In this document: piece by piece, positions 37,939 to 47,890 of the stretch
How positions within the stretch are numbered: position 1 is the first letter of the stretch
Layout of the letters: every line of letters starts with the position of its first letter
Source of the DNA: a virus
Strand: one strand, 5' to 3'
Virus record (IMG/VR): IMGVR_UViG_3300025978_000012
Coordinates: 12,191 to 76,190 of that record
Length of the DNA: 64,000 nucleotides
Notes under the pieces: model-generated
Seen by the model: only the letters and a program-made list of their open reading frames with translations
Told to the model about the DNA's origin: nothing
Database searches by the model: none
Program-made: the position numbers and the translations under genes

Positions 37939-40409
37939 ATTTTTATTCCAAAATATTCAAATCGTTCAATCCATTTTGGATTTTCAGATATGCACTTTTT
38001 AACCATTTCCATGTTGTTTAAAAAATACCATGCGAAAGCTTCAGTTGGATATTTCCGCGCCACATATTCAAAATATTTTTTAGCTGTTTCTGTATCTCCA
38101 ATACTCGCTCTGTAATTTTCAACAAAATTCGTGCGCCAGTTCATATATTTAATTTGTTCATTTATATATTCGGCGGAATATTCGGGAGTATTTATAACCG
38201 CTTCAGTTATTTCGAAAGTACCGACATTTACATTTTTGATATATTTTTTTTGAATACATTCTTGCCGTAACCTACTTCCGTATACTGGGGCGGCTATTTT
38301 TGGTGAAATTATATCAGGTTTGACTTCCCTTATAAAATCGACAGTTTCTTGCCGGTGTACGTCTGTTTCACCCGGTATTCCAATAACTAAAAATATATGC
38401 AGAAAAAAATTATATTTGCGTATTATTTTAATAACATTTCGTGCCTGGTCCAAATTTACCGGTTTGTGCATCATTTTAAGAACTTCGGCGCTTCCAGATT
38501 CCAATGCAAGCACCAGGCAATCTACTCCGGCATTCCACATCAGATCAATCAATTCCTCGTCCATATAGGCGATACTGAGGCCGTTAGGCATTTCTATTCT
38601 AAGACCATATGGTTGTAGTCGTCTGAATAAATTTTTTGCGCGTTCCCTATTGTATAATATTTGTTCGTCGTAAAAGGTAAGAACATTCATTCTATATTTT
38701 TCAATAAGTTTTTCGACATGATTAATAATAGAATTAACTGAAGCATAACGAATTGATTTATCTGGATTAAGGGAGTTCTTACAGAATATACAATTATGAA
38801 CTAAAACATTATTTGCAAAGAACCAATTATATTTTGGGACTTCCATGCAATATGTATCTTGTTTTTCAACCAACCATTCTACTTTAATAACTTTATGATT
38901 TATTTCATTTTTTAAATTTTTTCTTTTAATTCCTAAATATTTTCTATATTCATCTACAGATTTATTATATTTTATTTTAAAATGTTTCCAAAAAAATGAA
39001 TAACTAATATTGAAATTTTTTATATATTTTCTTAGATTTTTACAATAAATAATATTATTAAATTCTTTTTCTAAACTAAAGGGAAGTTCTTTATAATTTG
39101 GATTCAATTTTCCTAGTTTGCTATTTCTATATTTTAGTTTTTGTGCCTTTGTTCTTTTTTTACCTTTTTGTTTTTTACCTAAATTAACAAAAAAATCTTT
39201 TGGCATATTAAATGCGGGATTATTAGTTTTCATTCTTTCTGAAATTTCAGGATGTAATTTCATGTGAATAGCAGAAGATTCACAAAGAAATAAATTATCA
39301 GGATGATTATTTGTTTTATCATGATCGATATGGTGTATTTTGTCAGATTTTTTTAATTTTTTATTATATTTATATTCAGCAACAACCCTATGTATTTTTT
39401 TAGAATATCTTTTCCACTCAATATCAACATACCCAAGTCGATTTTTTCGTATTTTTACGGCTCTCACACTTTGTTTTTCTTTTAAATATTGAGCTTCTAT
39501 TTCAATTTCTTTATGCGGCTTTCCAAATTGATTATTATTTTTAAAAGTTAAAAATTTATGATCGGGAGTACAATCAATATATGTTCTATCATCAAAATAA
39601 ACTCTAACTAATTGAGCTTTTTCTCTAGTTTTTTTTATATTAATTGCATCTGTGAATAATATTTGTTTAGAATTTTTATTATATGTTAAAACTGGGATTG
39701 TCTCATATTTTTCTGAAATTTCTTTAATTGAGATATTTCCATATATTGTATTGATTAATGTTTCCCCAGATAAACAATTGTAAGGACATCCCCGAGTTGT
39801 TATAACATAAAATTGCTTTTTACCTTCTTTTCCAAACATGAAAGGTGAGTATGTTTCTTCTATCTTTTCATGATATTTATCAACATCTATCAAGGAATAA
39901 TCAATATCGATAATATCGTCTAATTTCGATAATACATTTTTTATTGGAGGATCAATTGATCCTTTTGTTGCCCATCCTTTTTTAAATTTTCCAGTAGTCA
40001 AGTACTCCTTTACTGCTATTTCGCCTTCATCTGGACATATTGCATCTATTTCAGGATTTTCATTTAAAATTTCTTTGTAAGTTTGAAGCGTAGATATACC
40101 GCCCATTATAATAGTCGAATAAGGACTATGTGTTTTTATTATTTTCAGGATAGGCGATAGATATTTGTATGATGTATCAAACATCATACTAATTCCTATA
40201 ATATCAGGGTTTGACGATTTTATTTTTTCGGGAATATAGGAAAAATAATCTTCGTTTAAATTACAATCGAATATTTCAACGTTTGCCAGATGTTCAATGT
40301 ATTTAGAAATAGAAAGTACTCCATTGGGCATCGCGAGGAAACTTCGCTGCATAAGTTTTGATTCTTTAAAAACATAAGGTAATATTATAAATAGAATTTT
40401 TTTCTTCAT
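37935..40409 (-). CDS. Cobalamin-binding (class B) radical SAM protein containing an intein
   Basis: B12 domain (PDIIGIS, IMGG, EGE); TTRGCPYN-[intein]-CIFC; ALESGS; IGIPGET. Confidence 0.9.
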   Translation of the reverse strand: MKKKILFIILPYVFKESKLMQRSFLAMPNGVLSISKYIEHLANVEIFDCNLNEDYFSYIPEKIKSSNPDIIGISMMFDTSYKYLSPILKIIKTHSPYSTIIMGGISTLQTYKEILNENPEIDAICPDEGEIAVKEYLTTGKFKKGWATKGSIDPPIKNVLSKLDDIIDIDYSLIDVDKYHEKIEETYSPFMFGKEGKKQFYVITTRGCPYNCLSGETLINTIYGNISIKEISEKYETIPVLTYNKNSKQILFTDAINIKKTREKAQLVRVYFDDRTYIDCTPDHKFLTFKNNNQFGKPHKEIEIEAQYLKEKQSVRAVKIRKNRLGYVDIEWKRYSKKIHRVVAEYKYNKKLKKSDKIHHIDHDKTNNHPDNLFLCESSAIHMKLHPEISERMKTNNPAFNMPKDFFVNLGKKQKGKKRTKAQKLKYRNSKLGKLNPNYKELPFSLEKEFNNIIYCKNLRKYIKNFNISYSFFWKHFKIKYNKSVDEYRKYLGIKRKNLKNEINHKVIKVEWLVEKQDTYCMEVPKYNWFFANNVLVHNCIFCKNSLNPDKSIRYASVNSIINHVEKLIEKYRMNVLTFYDEQILYNRERAKNLFRRLQPYGLRIEMPNGLSIAYMDEELIDLMWNAGVDCLVLALESGSAEVLKMMHKPVNLDQARNVIKIIRKYNFFLHIFLVIGIPGETDVHRQETVDFIREVKPDIISPKIAAPVYGSRLRQECIQKKYIKNVNVGTFEITEAVINTPEYSAEYINEQIKYMNWRTNFVENYRASIGDTETAKKYFEYVARKYPTEAFAWYFLNNMEMVKKCISENPKWIERFEYFGIKI
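38793..39776 (-). mobile_element. Intein (328 aa) with HNH homing endonuclease
   Basis: Starts CLSGET; block B CTPDHKF; IHHIDHDKTNNHPDNL; ends TYCMEV...NNVLVHN followed by Cys. Confidence 0.92.
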
Positions 40410-41599
40410 AACTCTATTATTTCACCGCGAAAATTGAGTTTCTTTAATTCTTGTTTTAATTTTTCGGTATGTGCTGTTGCCGTTATCAATACGGGAAGCG
40501 TCGCATTTTCAAGAAATTCTCGGCCATTCATTTTTTTATTATTAAATGTCATTTTCTGTTGTTTATGTGGCGTATCGTCGATCAGTCCGGCAATAAAGCA
40601 TTTATTTAATCCGGCATTATTATAGAGGTACAAGAATTCCCGCCCGATACCCCAGACGTACAGAGGGTCTTTTAATTTTGATATTATTTTTCTTTTTTCA
40701 CGAAGTTTTTCCCGGCTATTTTTTATGTAAAATATTGTTCTACTTTTTAGATTAAAATTTTCAAATTCAACATTTATTTTATTTCCCGTATATTGGAAAA
40801 TCATTGACACATTCGGCAATATTGTTTTATTGCTTGTCATTGGATTTGTTGAATTTGTTGCCATTCGTAGTGCGAATCCATATTTTCCGGCGATCATAGA
40901 AAGATGTTGAATGTCGAAATGTTGAACATGCTCTCTCAATAAAAACCAATAAAAATCAAAAAAATTATATTTGTCGTAAAAATCAGCATTGGGAACACTA
41001 ATACAGAAGAATCCATCTTTCTTTATGACCTTTTTTGCCTCCATGAATATTTTTTGAGGATCGAATAAATGTTCAACAACTTGATCGGCGATTAAAAAAT
41101 CAAAAAATTCTAATGGGTAAGGAATTGATTCGGCAGTTCCCTTTTTAATATTCAAATATTCTTTTTTTTTGGCTTCTTGAATATATATGTCAGATAGGTC
41201 AATTCCATAAAGATTTTCATAACCATTTGTATGAAGATAATGCAAAAATCCGCCGCTGGCACAACCGATATCAAGGATTTTATCGGTAGGTTTTGCATAT
41301 GTTTTCATAAATCCATATAAAAAAGAATAGCGGATCAAGGAGTTCCTGCCACTGCTGCCGGGCGTATCGCCATTTTTATTTGGTGTATGTAAATTAATCG
41401 GAGAATATTCATTGTTGTAATATTTAAAAATATTTCTTTCATCTTTGAAAGAAACATTATTGAAGATATGTCCGCATTCGCTACAGCATAAAATTATTGC
41501 CGGATCATAAAGAAATGATTTATCCATGTTTCCGCACGTTAGTGATAATAATTCTCCTTGTTTAGTTGAATTACAAATTGGACATTGTTTCATTTTCAT
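40406..41599 (-). CDS. Class I SAM methyltransferase with N-terminal Zn finger (NDP-sugar C-methyltransferase-like)
   Basis: CPIC...CSECG, ILDIGCASG, VVEHL.DP, EHVQHF, YVWG.G. Confidence 0.8.
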   Translation of the reverse strand: MKMKQCPICNSTKQGELLSLTCGNMDKSFLYDPAIILCCSECGHIFNNVSFKDERNIFKYYNNEYSPINLHTPNKNGDTPGSSGRNSLIRYSFLYGFMKTYAKPTDKILDIGCASGGFLHYLHTNGYENLYGIDLSDIYIQEAKKKEYLNIKKGTAESIPYPLEFFDFLIADQVVEHLFDPQKIFMEAKKVIKKDGFFCISVPNADFYDKYNFFDFYWFLLREHVQHFDIQHLSMIAGKYGFALRMATNSTNPMTSNKTILPNVSMIFQYTGNKINVEFENFNLKSRTIFYIKNSREKLREKRKIISKLKDPLYVWGIGREFLYLYNNAGLNKCFIAGLIDDTPHKQQKMTFNNKKMNGREFLENATLPVLITATAHTEKLKQELKKLNFRGEIIEL

Positions 41600-42563
41600 A
41601 CCTTTTTAATAATTCTTCGGCATCATCATCCAGGTTTTCCGGTTGACCGGCAATAAGCTGATTGCATGATGCACATATCGGAATAGTATGTCGTAATTTT
41701 TGAAGCATTAATAATCGCATTGTTTGTAATCGTTGTCCATTCCAAATATTTTTTATGCTTTCAGTTAATATGTTTCCTATTATTATTTTTTGATTCCAAT
41801 CAAGAAAACATGCTGATACCATTCCATTATAATTTATTGAAAGATTATAAAAAATATATGGGCAAACCTGAACTTCTTTCAATGGTTGTCCGTATACGCC
41901 TACATTTTTATTTGGCATAAGTTCCATTTTAAAGTCATACCAACACGACATTACATTTTCTATTGCGATACCATCAGAAATAGGAGAAAAAATTTCAAGA
42001 AAAGTATTTTTATCTTCTTCTGAAATAATATCTCCATTTATTTTAATGAAAATGGTGCATTGTTTTTTATTTTCGTATAAATGTTTTATGTTTTCAACAT
42101 ATTTTTTAAAATCAATATCGTAATTACTAAAGTCTTTATATTGGTGCGCATTAACCCCTTCAACAGAAATATTTATGCGGTCTATCCCAGCATCAATTAT
42201 ATCAAGATTTAATTTCGGATTTAATTTGCTTCCATTGGTTGTTGTATCGATTGTTTCGGAAACATCATTATTTTTGGCGTATCGAATCATATCGGAAAAA
42301 TGCGGATTCAAAAGGGGTTCTCCGAATGCATATAGACGAAGTGTTTTTAATTTTTTATCAAATTGTTTTATGTCATAAATAATATCTTTATAAATGTGCC
42401 ACGGCATAATGCCTTTTTTTATTATTTTTTCATTATTTGAATGAAAACAAAATTTACATTGAAAATTGCAAACCGACGAAGGGTCCACGTTAATTACAAA
42501 GGGTGTTGACAATGGTAATTGTGGAATAAGCGATATGCGGCCTTTTTCTATAATTCGTTTCAT
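41571..42563 (-). CDS. Radical SAM protein with SPASM/twitch domain
   Basis: CNFQCKFC, FGEPLLNP, TTNG, C...C...GN...CASC. Confidence 0.9.
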   Translation of the reverse strand: MKRIIEKGRISLIPQLPLSTPFVINVDPSSVCNFQCKFCFHSNNEKIIKKGIMPWHIYKDIIYDIKQFDKKLKTLRLYAFGEPLLNPHFSDMIRYAKNNDVSETIDTTTNGSKLNPKLNLDIIDAGIDRINISVEGVNAHQYKDFSNYDIDFKKYVENIKHLYENKKQCTIFIKINGDIISEEDKNTFLEIFSPISDGIAIENVMSCWYDFKMELMPNKNVGVYGQPLKEVQVCPYIFYNLSINYNGMVSACFLDWNQKIIIGNILTESIKNIWNGQRLQTMRLLMLQKLRHTIPICASCNQLIAGQPENLDDDAEELLKRYENETMSNL

Positions 42564-43216
42564 ATTATTTCAGGCAATTTCCAGGTTGATTTTAATAATG
42601 CGGAATTGTCGGTATATCGCCCCGGTTGAAAATAATTTCCGAGTACGAATAAATCTGGCGCAAATTTTATTTTACTGCCGAATTTATTTTTTAGGTGTTC
42701 AGCTAGAATTCCATCATCCCATATATGGGTATTGTTGAATTTCACTTGTTTTAAAATGTTTCCTTTAAGAATAAATTGGAGCCCCACATTGCACACTCGT
42801 ATATCATTTAATGAATTGGGTATAAGGGGGTGACAGGGATGTTGTGCAACATCGCACGCCGGGGTTGCGTTTCCCCGCGCCACCGAATAGAATATTATTT
42901 CTGATTTTTCTGTTTTACATATTTCCCTAATTTTATCAAAAAATCCGGGTTCAAACATATCATCATCGCCCATAAAAGAATAATAATCATCGTCTATTAT
43001 TTCTTGAGTTTCGATAAAATCATTTAATTTCCGATACGCATAATCCGTCGGTAATAGTTCTTTCACCAAAAGAGGATGTATCCAAAATTTATTAAATGGA
43101 TAAAATTCTTTTTCGCTATAAATAGGGTGCCAGTGGATTAAAAATTCTTCAAGACAATGAATTAATGTTTTTGCTAAATGTATTCTATAAAATGCCGTAA
43201 TAACATGTATATTCAT
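42560..43216 (-). CDS. GT-A glycosyltransferase-like protein, paralogue 2
   Basis: DDDYYSFMGDDDM; similar to 43213-43845. Confidence 0.65.
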   Translation of the reverse strand: MNIHVITAFYRIHLAKTLIHCLEEFLIHWHPIYSEKEFYPFNKFWIHPLLVKELLPTDYAYRKLNDFIETQEIIDDDYYSFMGDDDMFEPGFFDKIREICKTEKSEIIFYSVARGNATPACDVAQHPCHPLIPNSLNDIRVCNVGLQFILKGNILKQVKFNNTHIWDDGILAEHLKNKFGSKIKFAPDLFVLGNYFQPGRYTDNSALLKSTWKLPEII

Positions 43217-43845
43217 ATTCCGTAATCCAGTCTCTTATCGTATCTTCCCGGTTCAAAATAATTAAATCTGATTCCTATCTCGGGAAGGATAAGAATATCA
43301 TTTGGCCATGTATTTTTAAGGTATTCCGCATAATGCCCGTCATCTTCGAAAGCCCGATATCCGAATTTTGTTCGTCGCAATATTTCACCTTTGATGATAT
43401 ATTGGCACATATCTATTCCGGCGACATGGACATCATCTATTTTGTTTATAATTATCGGTACAGGGGGCCAGTTGAACGGTCCAGGGTTCGGCGCATACCG
43501 TTCCCCGCGATCCATTGAGTAGAAAATTATTTTAGCTGTTTGTCGTTTTATTTTATTGATAAATCCTGGAACATACATATCGTCGTCGTGAATGAACCCA
43601 TAATAATCGTCATCTACGATATCTCCCGCATTGATGAAATCGTTATTCTTTCGATAACACATGTCTCCCGGTAGTAACGGCATGCATAAAAGAGGTTTGA
43701 TCCACGATAATGTGTTTTTTTCGAAAGAAGTCATGTCAACATTGTCACAAACCGGATGCCAGATAAGATTCATTGGTTCGAAATGTTTAAGAAGATCGTC
43801 TTTAAGATGTTTTCTATAAAATGGCATAATTGCATGGAAGTTCAT
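43213..43845 (-). CDS. GT-A glycosyltransferase-like protein, paralogue 1
   Basis: DDDYYGFIHDDDM. Confidence 0.65.
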   Translation of the reverse strand: MNFHAIMPFYRKHLKDDLLKHFEPMNLIWHPVCDNVDMTSFEKNTLSWIKPLLCMPLLPGDMCYRKNNDFINAGDIVDDDYYGFIHDDDMYVPGFINKIKRQTAKIIFYSMDRGERYAPNPGPFNWPPVPIIINKIDDVHVAGIDMCQYIIKGEILRRTKFGYRAFEDDGHYAEYLKNTWPNDILILPEIGIRFNYFEPGRYDKRLDYGI

Positions 43846-43848
43846 TGT

Positions 43849-44871
43849 TTATATATCCATTAATGATTTTACAATTTCTATTCTTTTCTTATTTACGGTA
43901 CTAAGCAACAAATTTTCTTTTATATATTCATAACTTTTTTCATAATTTTCTTTTCGAAATGTACTATTATTCATCAACTTGTCAATTTGATATTCTAAAC
44001 TATCATAATTGTTTTGGTTGTAAAGCGTTATTCCGGGCATATTGAATTCCGGCATATTGGGGGCGATTGTAGCCCCCCCGAAATAAGTTCCCTCTAGCCA
44101 TGAGCAATTTGATTTAGCTTCATTAAATTTATTGAATTTAAGTAATATAAGATTTATCGCAAAATTATTTTCAGAAATAAATCTAAAATATGTTATGATG
44201 TCTTTTTCTTCCATTGCAAAACATTTTTTTATAAAATCTGAAATGAACCAGGTTTCTTCACCAACCCAGGACCAACACCAATCGTCATGTTTTTTGGCGA
44301 TTGAAAATATTCTGTCTTTATATTCCCACAAATCGTATCGATGCGTTTTTGACCCGCGCCAGAAAACGAAGTCTACTGTTTTTTCTATTTTTTCGAATGG
44401 ATAGATATAATCGTTCCATGCATTCGGAATAACAACAATGTTTTTATTATATATTTTGTAATATTTTTCCATTGTCTGAGTCGATACCGTTACAATGTCC
44501 GCGAGTCGAATACTTTCTTCCATGTTTCGCAAAATATTATAAAAAATTAAATCTTTGTAAAACGGATTGTATTTAGGGGTTTCATGTAAATTATCATCAA
44601 AGTCAACCCAGACCTTGATGTTCATATCCTTTGCCATTCGAAGAGCCGTTAATTGTGTATCATACACGGGCCTTTGGAAAAAGGCAATTTCAACGTCATT
44701 GAGCGCAGGCCAGCTTACATTATTATCATATTCAATTTTAATATTATTTGATAAATGTTTTAATTTTTGGAGCACCCCCAATCCTCGATAATATGAACAA
44801 GCCGTTTGCTGTGTATGGGGGGATTCGAATATTTTAATTTTTATCATTAGTGATAGTAAGTGGTAGAGCAA
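43849..44871 (-). CDS. Phage GT-B-type glycosyltransferase (start probably 44847)
   Basis: CSYYR, FQRP, VDFDDNL, ADIVTVST, VIPNA, WRGSKTH..DL, FNEAKS. Confidence 0.75.
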   Translation of the reverse strand: MLYHLLSLMIKIKIFESPHTQQTACSYYRGLGVLQKLKHLSNNIKIEYDNNVSWPALNDVEIAFFQRPVYDTQLTALRMAKDMNIKVWVDFDDNLHETPKYNPFYKDLIFYNILRNMEESIRLADIVTVSTQTMEKYYKIYNKNIVVIPNAWNDYIYPFEKIEKTVDFVFWRGSKTHRYDLWEYKDRIFSIAKKHDDWCWSWVGEETWFISDFIKKCFAMEEKDIITYFRFISENNFAINLILLKFNKFNEAKSNCSWLEGTYFGGATIAPNMPEFNMPGITLYNQNNYDSLEYQIDKLMNNSTFRKENYEKSYEYIKENLLLSTVNKKRIEIVKSLMDI

Positions 44872-44910
44872 TACAATGTCAAAATAAATTTTTTATCTAG
44901 TTAAAAAAAA

Positions 44911-44942
44911 ATAATATTGTTAGCTTGGACTAACAATATTAT
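44911..44942. repeat. Perfect inverted repeat, 13-bp arms with 6-bp spacer
   Basis: ATAATATTGTTAG-CTTGGA-CTAACAATATTAT. Confidence 0.9.
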
Positions 44943-44943
44943 A

Positions 44944-45037
44944 ATTAGTCTATACTAACATCATTAATTTTTTTTTAAAAAATTAAAAATACTATTGACA
45001 ACCATAAGCGGATTGTGTATATTACATACATAGAGAT
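44944..45037 (+). promoter_or_regulatory. Early promoter cassette, copy 1
   Basis: A/T UP tract plus TTGACA-N17-TATATT; near-identical to 51018-51112. Confidence 0.85.
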
Positions 45038-45063
45038 CAAATAAAAAAAATAGGAGAAGCAAA

Positions 45064-45444
45064 ATGATAAACCACTCAATCAAACACCGCAGAGCCCAAA
45101 AAATAGCGAGCAAGCTCCCTATGGCTAACGCTGAGATATTGAGTCGCATACCGGATTATCTTAAAGAGAGATTAACCGGCCAAGAGCTAGCCTGTGTAAT
45201 ATCCGCGATGGACGAAAGTTACCATGCCGGAAAAGCTAGTTCTGGTGCAGAATTGATTGATGCGTCTCGACAAGATGGCGCAGTATATGTAACCGGATTA
45301 GGTATGATACAATGGCGGGAAATTAATGCGGAGTATGAGACAATAACGGAAGATAGCTACACCAATAACGGGGAGACTTATTGCGGCACGCGAACGTATT
45401 CCCGTAAAATAAAAAACGGGGAATTACAATTCTCGCTAAACTAA
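45064..45444 (+). CDS. Hypothetical early protein
   Basis: AGGAG RBS directly after promoter. Confidence 0.7.
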   Translation: MINHSIKHRRAQKIASKLPMANAEILSRIPDYLKERLTGQELACVISAMDESYHAGKASSGAELIDASRQDGAVYVTGLGMIQWREINAEYETITEDSYTNNGETYCGTRTYSRKIKNGELQFSLN

Positions 45445-45722
45445 CAGGAGGAAAAAAATGGCGTATTTAACTAAGTCACAATATGATTATCGCCGCGAAT
45501 CGGCGGCGCATCGAAACGCTGAAAATAAAAAAATTAAAACTATTACCGATATGCAGCACGACCTGTTGGCGGAAATTGCCGAAATGAGACACAAGATACA
45601 CTCTAGCCGTGACAGTATGTATTATAATGATAATAATAGATATTGGAATTGGCTTAACGACTCTGACGAGAGTATAAATAATCGTCGGAATTATGCCGTT
45701 GGCAAACCAGAGGTAATAATTA

Positions 45723-46409
45723 TCACTTATTTTGAATACAATTTAACAATAATTGGTAAATATTATTTTGAAGTACTCCAAATATAAATCCTAAAATTAA
45801 TGTTCCTGCTGCTACAAGCAAAGATTGCCACCATGTAAATTTTCTATCCTTTAATTTTTGTAATCTAAAATCTTCCATAATAGAAATAGATTTTTCAATT
45901 TCTTGTGCGTCATCTCTTATTTCATCTAATTCTTTTATGCATTGAGAAAAAGTAATTGATGATTGTTCTCCAATATCTTTCTCGTTTTTGTATTTTACAA
46001 TTCGTTCATGATAATTATCAAGATTTGCAATTTTTTTTGCAAAATGAGGAACAGCTTGTGTCTGAATTGATAATGAATATTTTTCTGTGTTATTTATTGA
46101 TTCTCGTAAAGATATAGCAATTCCATCAATAGCATCATATCCTGCTCGATATATATGCCCTCGTGCTTTATCAAAATTGATTTCATAATATGTATTTCCT
46201 TCTTTTCTTTTCTTTTTTCCTCCAGTTATAAGTTGATCACCAAATATTCGAATTAAATGAGATAAAGCATCTCTAAATTCTTTATTTATTTGTATATTTG
46301 CACCAGATTTTTTATCAATACTTTCTGCTTTTGAAACCAATTCTTTTGTTTTTATATATTCTCTACAAACTTGTTCTAAAAGATATTTTTCTTTTTTATT
46401 AAATCTCAT
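45723..46409 (-). CDS. Transposon passenger: possible HEPN-like domain with C-terminal TM
   Basis: EFRDALSH (Rx4H) in a helical protein; C-terminal hydrophobic helix. Confidence 0.5.
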   Translation of the reverse strand: MRFNKKEKYLLEQVCREYIKTKELVSKAESIDKKSGANIQINKEFRDALSHLIRIFGDQLITGGKKKRKEGNTYYEINFDKARGHIYRAGYDAIDGIAISLRESINNTEKYSLSIQTQAVPHFAKKIANLDNYHERIVKYKNEKDIGEQSSITFSQCIKELDEIRDDAQEIEKSISIMEDFRLQKLKDRKFTWWQSLLVAAGTLILGFIFGVLQNNIYQLLLNCIQNK

Positions 46410-46427
46410 ATTTGTATAACCTCATAT

Positions 46428-46462
46428 AAAAAAAGGCTGAATATTTTTTTTCAGCCTTTTTT
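46428..46462. terminator. Bidirectional intrinsic terminator-like hairpin
   Basis: AAAAAAGGCTGAA...TTCAGCCTTTTTT. Confidence 0.7.
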
Positions 46463-46484
46463 AAAAATAAGATTTTTCCAATGT

Positions 46485-46685
46485 TTAATATAATTTAATT
46501 GAAAAAGCCTTTTTTGCACGTTCTTCCATTTCTTTTTGAGTATAATATCTTCCAGTAGCAAGTCTCACGGAACCACGGATGTTAGGAGAAAATTTTTCAA
46601 TAGTTTCCCGATCAAAATCAACATTTGATTCAGGAAAATCACTAAAAAGAATATCCATCTCTTTTTGTGTTAATTGTTTTTTCAT
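46485..46685 (-). CDS. Transposon passenger, hypothetical 66 aa
   Basis: ORF with AGGGG RBS and upstream TTGACA. Confidence 0.6.
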   Translation of the reverse strand: MKKQLTQKEMDILFSDFPESNVDFDRETIEKFSPNIRGSVRLATGRYYTQKEMEERAKKAFSIKLY

Positions 46686-46885
46686 TTTTGCAACCCCTAC
46701 TTATTATCGGATAATTGCCATGATTTATTTCATATATTATCTTGTCAACGTCAACAATAAAAAATAGGATATTTTCTATTTAAAAATACTTATATTTTAA
46801 TGCAGAAAAAATATCAATTACTATTTTTTATTAATAATAAACATAAGAATATTTTTATAATTATTAGTAAATTTATGTTATCTAC

Positions 46886-46914
46886 TTGACAAACCATAAT
46901 ATCATCAGTATATT
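46886..46914 (+). promoter_or_regulatory. Sigma70 promoter for transposase-MTase-nuclease operon
   Basis: TTGACA-N17-TATATT 22 bp before ATG 46937. Confidence 0.7.
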
Positions 46915-46936
46915 GGTTGTATAAGAGGTAAGATAA

Positions 46937-47881
46937 ATGAAATATACACCACCTACTTTTAAGAGCATGAACGAAATGTCATATATTGATGTGGCGCGTT
47001 TAACTGAAGACCAGGCACGAGCAATACTTGAAAAGATACGGTGGCCGAAAGGAATTATATGCCCACATTGCGGCGGTACTAATATAGTAAGGATACAAGG
47101 AAAAGCAAAAAGAGTGCGGGACGGATTATTAAGGTGTAAAGATGACAGAAAACAATTCACGGTAACGACTGGAACTATAATGCATGGTTCACATATAACA
47201 TTACGTCAATGGGTTCAAGCCTTCCATGCAATGTGCGCGTCAAAAAAGGGCGTGTCCGCTTTACAAATAAAAAGAAATTTAGGACTTGGTTCTTATAAAT
47301 CCGCATGGCACTTAAACCATAGAATACGGTTTGCAATGCAAGACGTAAATCCTGAACTATTGCAAGGCATAGTCGAAGTTGATGAAACGTATGTTGGTGG
47401 CAAGCCGAGAAAAGGAACCGGCATAAAGAACAAAAAAGGTCGCGGAACTAAAAAGACTCCGGTACTTGCACTAATAGAAAGAAATGGAAATGTTATATCA
47501 AAGCCGGTGGGCGATGTAAGCGGAAAAACTTTAAAATTTGCAATCCGTGAAGTTGTTGACTTTAATTCTACAATAATGACAGATGAATGGAAAAGCTATC
47601 GCGGAATTGGTAAAGATTTTAAGGGCGGTCATGAAGTAGTTAATCATGGTAAAGGCGAATATGTCAGAGGAAATGCCAATACAAATACCGCTGAATCATA
47701 TTTTGCTTTATTAAAGCGCGGTGTTATTGGAACCTTTCATCATGTATCAAAACAGCATTTACTTCGTTACTGTGACGAGTTTTCATTTCGTTGGAACAAT
47801 CGTAAAGTAACTGACGGCATTAGAACGCAAAACGCGATTAAAGGTTTTGTAGGTAAAAGATTAGTTTATAAAAATATATGA
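46937..47881 (+). CDS. IS1595-family (ISXO2-like) DDE transposase
   Basis: RWP.G..CPHCG zinc ribbon, VEVDETYVGG, IMTDEW..Y, VNH, TNTAES, EFSFRWN. Confidence 0.95.
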   Translation: MKYTPPTFKSMNEMSYIDVARLTEDQARAILEKIRWPKGIICPHCGGTNIVRIQGKAKRVRDGLLRCKDDRKQFTVTTGTIMHGSHITLRQWVQAFHAMCASKKGVSALQIKRNLGLGSYKSAWHLNHRIRFAMQDVNPELLQGIVEVDETYVGGKPRKGTGIKNKKGRGTKKTPVLALIERNGNVISKPVGDVSGKTLKFAIREVVDFNSTIMTDEWKSYRGIGKDFKGGHEVVNHGKGEYVRGNANTNTAESYFALLKRGVIGTFHHVSKQHLLRYCDEFSFRWNNRKVTDGIRTQNAIKGFVGKRLVYKNI

Positions 47882-47890
47882 GAAGAAAAA

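Noticed and set aside
1460-44791. Numerous short plus-strand ORFs antisense to minus-strand genes, and minus-strand ORFs antisense to the pentapeptide genes
   Set aside because: Shadow ORFs with F/S/L/I-rich composition from reverse-complemented Lys/Glu codons and no evident RBS
45458-45787. ORFs 45458-45787 and 50753-51022 as independent genes
   Set aside because: They are the two halves of one gene reading into or out of the transposon ends
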